Source: Trichoplax adhaerens (taxonomy: Eukaryota; Animalia; Placozoa). Taken from it: DNA of 64,000 nt. The translations under genes were made by a program, and so were the position numbers. Below the pieces are notes generated by a model that was not told the DNA's origin, did not search any database, and saw only the letters and a list, made by a program, of their open reading frames with translations. Location: contig NW_002060945.1 in NCBI RefSeq assembly GCF_000150275.1, positions 8,820,011 to 8,884,010 of the forward strand. The letters are read 5' to 3'. Shown in pieces: positions 55,233 to 64,000 of this stretch (the stretch's first letter is position 1; every line of letters begins with the position of its first letter).

Positions 55233-58200
55233 ATGATGGATACAGAAACAAGAATCGATTTAGTCAAAGAGGAGAAGGAAACGTCAGATCAAACGGTCAT
55301 CTTGCAACAATTCCCTCATCAAGTTGGTGGCCATAATTGTATCCTGATGTACGATCCATTCACCGTTTGTAAGCTTTTGACCATCCTTGAATTATCCTTT
55401 TATAAGGAGATTCCTCATTCCTTAGAGCCATTTCTCCCTAGATACTTAGGTATGAGAGAGTGCGATGTTATGCTATTCATTCAATGCACGCTATCTTGAT
55501 CAATCAGGATGTTGACAAGGATTGCATACGCTCGTAAGGGAGATAAAATACCAGCTGTACTGTCAAAGTAGCAAAGCTAGATGGTACAATACTTTATTCG
55601 ACGTCGATAGGATTGCTTTAGACAGTTACAACCACAATAGATGATTACAAGTGATTTCAATTCACGATACAAGGCATAGTCGAGTTGGATTTTACATCAA
55701 TTGCAACAGCTACAACGTTGAATCAGCTTTAAAAGAGTACATTGAAGCCTTATTTTATTTCATCAAGCCCGTTGAGACTGGCGCCGAGCTGGTCCCTTAT
55801 TCTCCCTCCCCCTCCTAAAAAATACAATGCATAGTCATTACATACTGTACTGTCTACCATGATGGGACTTGCATGCTTAATGAACTCTACAAATTACTAC
55901 ATTATAAAGCCAGAAATCAATATTATAATATCAACTATTCAATATTGACTATAGAAGACGTAATTTAGTGGATTGGACATCAATTGTAACCCTTACAATT
56001 TTCCTATCACTTCAAAATATTGCAATCAACAATCATTCCAGCCTAGTTGGCAGCGCAAAATCTACTGTACTAGTATTCTGCAATGGACGAAAAACGTTGC
56101 CTATTCAAAATTGTAACGAAATGAACAATGATAACATAGTACAGTACTCTACATCAGCGCCTTTTTCCACATGATCAAGGCAATGTTTGACCTTGTTTAT
56201 GGCTCTACAGTAGTTGGAGAGATAGAGGTAGCCCATATTTATAGTTGAATCAATTTACTGTATTGATTGAAAAAAGATTCTTTTCATGGTTACATTGCCT
56301 ATATTATTGGATGATTTGTATTTATGGTAAATTTATAGTTAGTAAAGTATTGTATATTCCTTTCAACTCGGTACTTATCGTACTAGATACAACTCTTAGC
56401 CAAACAATTTATCCATTCAAATTGATTTTATTCACTATTCTATGGCTTAAAAATTGAAAATAAAATAGGATAGTTGTATTGACTGTAGGTCAATTTATCT
56501 AGTGTGAGATAGTCCTATTAAAGTGAAACGCTATCGCTATATCCTTGAAGATGGACTGTAGAAGGCATGCACTATTCCAAGTCAATATAGTAGAGAGACA
56601 TTGGATTTCCTGTATTACTATGGATGGCGACATACATACTTTAGTGATAGTATTTTAAATTAGGATTGCTAGACGGGTATTAAACTACTGTAATATACGC
56701 GTAGTTCATAGAATTATTGTTTCCACCCCTATCAGGAATTCCTTGCAAACACTTTCTAATCATTGAATGATAACTTGTATAGCATAGTTGGTTGGTGTAC
56801 AATCCATGAGATCATTTTACTACACTACTTTCAAAAGTAGTTTAAGCTGCAATTTTGATAAAACCAAATCTTACTTCTTTTACTTTAGTTACTATTCAAT
56901 GGTATTCATCATTGGTCATAAATCCATTCTTGCCATTACCGATCGCTCAAAGTACAGAATAGACTTAATATAATGAATGTACTATTTTTGCCTATTCTTC
57001 TAGGTGTAATAAATGTCCTACTCGAAAATGATGTCGAGGGGAAAGCCATTTTTCGAGCTTATCGCCTCAGTTCTGATGAGATTGACCATCAAATAATGAC
57101 TCAAGTTGATACTGACGAAGAAATCAAGTAAATAATTATAGTACATAATTTATATCGCTATGAATAATTTAAAAATTCAATGATTGCCTTCTAGGTACCC
57201 TAATAGATTAGGTATCAAAGTTATAGAGAAGAGTATAATGCTATAGGCTTTTAAGGTCCTAATTATTCAATATCAACATTTTATATCGACACGTATCAAT
57301 TGTATCTCTTTTAGAAATATAGGAAAGTAATCATTGATCGTCTTGATTTACTATATAGTGGGTAGTACTTTGAGAGATTAGATTGTATCCTCATAACAAT
57401 TTCAGCACTAACCCTATAATCTCCGTACAATAAATACAATTTACATAGATTGTCATAAAGCGCAAATCAATGTACTTTGTCGTGCAGTTTATAGTACAGG
57501 AACTTGACTGCACAATTTGTAACATCAGTGATCGATCATCATTACTGCCGAAAGAAATATCTAGTATGAGCATAATTACAGTAGACTATCGATTATATAA
57601 ATCTTTCAATAATCCGAGTTGTGTCGCCAACGTTTTACAGCAATAAGATTTTCTATCAATTGCTAAGCACTAAGCCATCACTTGTTAACAACACTAAAAT
57701 CAACTGATTATATGGTATAATCTAAAGACTGTAATTAATGACAAGCTTAATAATGGTCGCTTCTGAGTTGTCTTTATCTTACAATTCGATGCTAATCACT
57801 TTTTTCTGTCGTCATTTATAGAGTGAACTTTGCCAAGGCAAATTCACATGTAAATAATGGGCCTTCCAAGATTCAATCTGAAGGTTAGAAAACGATTGAT
57901 GTAGTCACAATTATACTTTCTTTTCTCTCGAGTAGTCCCTGCAATGACATCTAATTATTTTACAATCCCTCATGAATAGAAACGGAAGAATAAAAATTGA
58001 CTGATATGACTTAATGTAGCAGTTATCTGTTGAGATAGGATGATAGATTAATATTCATTTATACGGCATGCATTGCACTCCAGTAGCTTCTGAGTTATTG
58101 AATGAAAGAACATAACTTGTATACTACAGTATAACGAAGAGAGGTTGAAATTGTCGTTAATGTTTTATGTAGTAGTAGAGTCAAATTTAATAGAACTTAA

Positions 58201-59927
58201 AAAAATGGTAGATATAAGGTTTTAATTAAAAGAAACTTCACAGTATACGCGTATACAATGAATTAAAACTAAATTTTTCTTTGGTTATGTTCCAACCATC
58301 GATTCCGGTTTAATTTCTATTCTTCCAATAATATCGCTAAAACTATTATTTTACATGGATCAAGTAAAGGCTAAAGGCTAATTGTCATATGTTGATTGTT
58401 GTCTTTTAATCTTTAGGTCCTATTAGCCCTTGTAACAGTAAATATTATAGGAAACAAGTTAAAGTGATGAACAATGATGAATCGAAATGTACGCAAATTA
58501 ATTATCAATTAATGATTCCATTAATGATCAACTTCTAGCCTCGTATTATTTATCTTAATTTTCTAGTAGAACTATCTCTTCTTAATACATTATCAATCAA
58601 CGAACTAATTTGTTCCATCAATTTATACTTTTCTCCCTTGTATCAATAGTATTTATTCTATTAGAGAATGTTGTTCAGCCATTTCGTTGTCCTTGTATAC
58701 TTGACCTTAAAATTGGAACTTGGAATCAAAAACTGAATATACTGAAAAGTCGTTCTGAAGATGAATATAATAAAGTATCAACCATTAGACTTGGTGTTCG
58801 CTTAGGTGGAATGCAGGTACAGTTGTAGAATTTGATATAAATAGCCTATGATTATAAAGTAATCGGGTAAGTCATGTATTTCTCGTAAATATTCTTACTT
58901 TATTTATTAATACTAATGATTAACTAATAAATTGATAGTTATAAATATATCTTATTAATATGCAATGTTCATAACTTCTTGCATGATAAAAACAAAATCA
59001 AATTTATTGTATCGACTGTATGTATATACGAGTATACTAAAAGATCTTAAATTATTAAGAATGCGCAATTATTGGAGGAATTACTTTATTGAAACGAGTA
59101 CAGTATAAATCGTACGGTAACTGTTTGATTCTTTGTACTGCCCTTTCACCTTTTACATTGGACTATACTGTACTTTAATGGATTAATATTGGCTATTATT
59201 TACTTTGTACTGTCAGATATCTACGTGCTATAATATTAAATACCAATTAACTTTATGTATAAAAGAAGAGACATATAAAATAGCTTTAAAATATGTATGC
59301 TGATAGAAAATATTACATTAACAGATACTTGTGCAATTTCAAAGTCAAATCTACATAATTTATAATATTGTACAATGCAATGCGTTTGATTTTCTGCTCT
59401 ACTATTACGTAGGGCGCTAACTTTTAGATTACTATATCTTAGATTTATGTCAACTTATTAATTGTCCAACTTATAATCTATTGTAGACCTACAATGTGAC
59501 CGATAAAAAATTTTCCTACTTTGACAAATACTTTGGTAAAACATTGGATTTAGTTGGTTTGAAGCGAATGTTATACCAATATTTTGATAATGGCATTACC
59601 TTTCAACATGATATTTATAACCAAATGTTGAAAAAGCTACAGTTGCTGAGAAAACGAATTGCGCTAGAAGATTGTTTTCGATTTCGATTTCGAGGTTGTT
59701 CCATTTTGCTCATTTATGAAGGTTATTGTAATGATAATATCAACGGTAACACAAATGTAGATGCACGTTTGATCGATTTTTCTCATACGATATCAAATAA
59801 GTTAAACTATAACCCTAATCAGCAACTTAACGGGGAATTGATAGGTCCTGATAATGACACTCTTAAAGGATTAGATAATTTATTGACATTTTTCATGGAA
59901 CTCTCTCCATCACCTCAAATTTCTTAA
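55233..59927 (+). CDS. IP6K: Inositol hexakisphosphate kinase-like, copy B (divergent); N-terminus may extend upstream
   Basis: FPHQVGGH..TVCKLL..ELSFYKEIPHSLEPFLPRYLG; FILLENVVQPFRCPCILDLKIGT; LGVRLGGMQ; DKYFGKTL; FRGCSILLIYEG; ARLIDFSHT; GPDNDTLKGLDNL. The conserved exons share intron positions with copy A. Confidence 0.9.
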
Positions 59928-61433
59928 TCTGAATGATTTAAATCAATTTTCTACTTCGAGCATTTTTCAACAACATGCTTATTTAGGGATCATTTTTATC
60001 TTTCATTTTAATTGTATTATATAATCCACTAACGTTAATACATGTTATTATTTAGTATTGTCTTTTAAATGTACACATATATCGGAATTATATGCATTGA
60101 AATACTCGTATTTATTGAGGAGAAATTGTCATGATTTCAATTCTTTCACATGCATCAACTATCAAATATTTTTTAAATTATGTAGTATATTATCGATATA
60201 AATAATCACAAATTTATCAAAGATAGAGTAAATTGTACATTTTAGTGATTCATGCTATTAAGGTACAGTATATGTTCATGAAATTTTGTTACCAATTTTA
60301 TATTATAGAATACTAACCCGAAAGGAACAAATACCATATATTAAGTTAACGATGCATACACTATTGCATAATTTAGTTTATAGTTTAACGTCGTAAATTG
60401 CCTAATAAGCCACACATTAGGATTTGGGCTGTATCTATCTTAAATAGGACTATTGTAATAATAATGATTAAACTGGCTGTGATATAGGTCATGAAACGGT
60501 CGCTATTTTGATATTTACTGTTATGTAATACTGTTATTACGACGGTGATAAACTTACGTAATTATAACATAATTAATCAGATAACCTTTACAAATAATTG
60601 ATTAATTATACAGTATGATATCTTGTAGTACTATCAGGTCATTACCAATAATCAACAATAAAAACTGAACTGTTTTCTGTAAAGTATGATGTACGATCAA
60701 CTTCGGTTTATACTAATAATGCAGCATTTACTGCATACTTATATATTAATATCATCGAGTCTAACTAGCATTACCATTGACTGAAATTACTACATCTATA
60801 CTGTATAACTACCTCAATATGATGTTGTAATATGTTTGAGGGTAATGTAATAATCGTGTAGAATCAGATATTGCATGCCGTATCTGTGATTATTAACTAC
60901 ATTATATACTATAACGTTAGGCCGTCTACAATTTTAAAATTACTGCTATCGTTCTATAATGGATAAAATACAATATCGACACAGTTGAGTACTGCAGCGA
61001 ACAGTTACCATTAGTGGTTACAACGCTTTACAAACACATCACTTTAATAGAAATTTCCATTTCAATACTTCACGTGTACTATCACAAATTTTAACATTAC
61101 AACATAACACATCAATATAATATTACATGCTATCTATAAAAGAATAGAGACATCGAACTAAGTTCAGCTTAGATTTCAGAAATCTCATTTAGCTCATAAT
61201 TAAATTAAATCATTACATAAAAGTCGCACGTAGAAAAGCATGCTCATTCCTATACGTACAGTATATCATCAGCACAGATGACGATTTGTAATAACTCGAA
61301 ACAATAATTAGTAGTATAAGTATGATTGTGCTTATTAAAATGTTTCTATGTATTTACATCATTCATATAAACATAATTTTTACGGAACAGTGTCAAATTG
61401 TTAAAACACCACATATCTAAAATATTTCGGTCC

Positions 61434-64000
61434 TCATAGCCATGGATACCACATCGGATCCATACGACTTAAATTATTCTGATCAGTGGCTGCACGAATA
61501 ACGGCTGACACCTTACTTTCAGCATTCTCAAAATAAGCCATATCTATAACGAAATTTGATAAGGTGTAAACAGTGAAAAAAATAAGAATCTTATTGTTAT
61601 ATTGAAATAATAATATATTAAAAATATGAATAATTATTAATTAAACTTTTACTTCGGAGTCGGTTCATGATAGCTTCTACGTTCTTTTCTACAAGTCTTA
61701 TTAGTTCTTTATTTTCTAATTCTTTAATTTTGTCGCTATCCTTGCTGGATAAACGTTTCTAAAACAATTACATTCACGTTAATGGAAGCGTATATTAGAA
61801 GGCAATTGTTAAAATTAAACTTATGCACCCCTACTTACCTTTCTGTGCCATGTCAGTATTTCGTCACGTAAAATGATTCGAAAGGTCGCCTCTAAACTAA
61901 ATTGTGGTTGAACAAGGCAACGAGATGCAGCAATCATATTTGCAGTTAATGGTCCAGAAGAACAGTAAGGTTTGAGGAAATGGTCAATGTTTACAGTTAA
62001 TCTCATTGGCACTGGTCTTGTATGGTTGAGTAATCCTTTGCACGTAAAAAGTGTTACACAGTAAATTTCATTTTCGACAATCGATTTCATAGCCAATAGC
62101 TTTTCAGAAAATTAAAAAAAAAAATTGAAAACAACATACTACCTGTGTCGTCATCTATATTAAAGGTATAGTACATTGCCGAAACATCGCCAGAATCTTG
62201 ATAAATTTGTAGCATTTCCGGCATTAACGGTGTTAAATGTAAAGCAAATTCAGCTAATCCCAGTAAGGCAAGTTGGTTCGTAAACTGTAAGGAATTGATA
62301 AAAGAAACGATTGAGAAATACAGATACCGTGCATTCCTCCTTCTGAAATAATTAAATCATAGTCGTAGTAGAGACAACTTACTTGTTTTCTAAACATCCA
62401 GTAATCAGTTGCACTAGGGTAAGTTTTAATTGCCCAAGATTTGAAGACACGAACAGGTATACATTCGTTTTGAATCTGAATCGAAGAATTTAGATAAAAC
62501 CTAAAGCATCAACTCTATCTCCTATATAAACTTTTTAATATTCCTATAAAACTAATTCTAACCTCCTGCATAATTTGTTTTAGGTCAGTTGATTTGACGG
62601 CTTGACATTTATTCTGAATGCTCGCAATACTTTCATAGTAATGAATAACTGGTAGGGACGGATCTTGTTTTATGTTTCCACAGTACTATATTCATGATAA
62701 ATTGATAATAAAAGTAAACTATTACCTGTACATATCAACTATTAAAATAGCCTATTGCAAGTATATTTTGTGGCTTACTCGCTTGTAGATATCATATAAT
62801 GAAATTATAGAAGTATTGTCCTATATTGAATTAAAACACAAAGAAATGTTAATACATAATAAAACAATAAAGTCACAAACTTACGTACAGAATGTATAGT
62901 AAACTCAGTTTGAACTATCGTAGCTAAAGTTTTGATATACTCGTTCATGATGAACTGATCCAATTACAGAATTACGTTTATAATCTGCCATTAAATATAT
63001 GGTATTGGTTTGTGCTACTTGCTAGAAAAAGTAACTTATATTGGTGCACAGGCAGGCTATAATAACAAGTTAAAATAATTCAGCAACAATAACTACCATA
63101 ATATTAAATGCTACTTACTTCAATCAATCTCATTTGAGGAGATATTGCAACCACCCGTGGCACAGTATACATTAAATGTCGCTTGCTAACCTCCTAGAAA
63201 TAAACATACCATTTAAGTCATAAGTTAATTATTTAAAAATTATGTAAAGCTAACCTTTCTCTTTTCAAAATAGCGATTAAGTAATCTAAGTAATTGAAGT
63301 AATCGCTCTTCACGTCGGGATTCAACGGGGTTAATATCGTTAACAACTAAATAGGGATAAACCTGTAAAAAATTTTGTATAGATAAGAATTAGTAAAATC
63401 ATAATACTATGCCTAAAATGTTCTGTTTTACCTTTCCATTATGTCCACGTATATACAATCGCCTAGCGATGCAATTGTCTTTATGTACAATTTCTACTCT
63501 AGGCATAAATCTTGCTATTCTTATAAAGTATCCACTAGAATTCTGATAAATCAAAATCAAATAACAGTCAGTTGAACTTCCATGCTGCAGTCATGTAAAA
63601 ATCGCCTTACTCTAGGAAGTAACGATTCCCCTGGTAACTCTACATCAGCAGTGGCAAGCGAATAGTTACTTAAGAAGCGACATCTATCTTCTATTAAAAA
63701 GTAACTAAAATGGAAGAAAAACACGGTTAACGTCCTGCCGTACGCCTGATAACGTAGATCTATTGCGACAAACCTAGGAAGCATCTTAGATTTAGCTTCA
63801 AGAACTTTTATCCATCTCTTTAATTTAGAGATGATCGGGTGCAACTTCTTTGAGCCGGCGATACTAAAATTGATCACAACTAGTTTAATTCACCGATATA
63901 ACTGAATGAAAAGGTAAAATGGTAGTAATATTGACCAACTAGCATTTTAGTACCTGAAATCGAAATCTGCGGAGAATTGACCACGTATTTTCTGAAAGTT
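61434..64000 (-). CDS. TRRAP: TRRAP (PIKK-family pseudokinase), 3' portion: kinase-like and FATC domains; continues beyond the window
   Basis: FQKIRGQFSADFDFS, ISKLKRWIKVLEAK, FLIEDRCRFLSNYS..VELPGE, RRLYIRGHNGKVYPY, RPVPMRLT..SGPLTANMIAASRCLVQP..ILRDEILTWH, and FATC end ATDQNNLSRMDPMWYPWL*. Confidence 0.94.

Noticed and set aside
1-64000. tRNA, rRNA or intact transposable elements
   Set aside because: No cloverleaf, rRNA-like segment, transposase or reverse-transcriptase ORF, or long terminal repeat was recognised by eye. A covariance-model scan would be needed to exclude small ncRNAs.

Overview
AT-rich, gene-dense eukaryotic (animal) DNA with many short GT-AG introns, so the supplied ORF track is mostly exon fragments or noise. 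The style resembles a compact early-branching metazoan such as a placozoan, which is inference only. Manual exon-by-exon translation supports nine spliced genes: a PTPN3/PTPN4-like FERM-PTP phosphatase lacking a PDZ domain (+), an inverted PTP-domain-only paralogue (-), an EPB41L5/Yurt-like FERM protein (+), calpain-7 (-), COMMD3 (+), MINDY3 (-), two head-to-head IP6K paralogues (-/+) and the 3' part of TRRAP (-). There is also a probable small pseudogene. Main observations: (i) the PTPN3/4-EPB41L5 adjacency known from vertebrates, here with local domain loss and duplication; (ii) a minor-spliceosome (U12) intron in one IP6K that appears converted to U2 type in its adjacent paralogue; (iii) promoter regions that repeatedly carry recent tandem duplications and dense CAGTAC/GTACTG motif clusters. 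No prokaryotic-type system (CRISPR, operon, IS element) is present. Homology calls come from recalled family motifs, not database searches.
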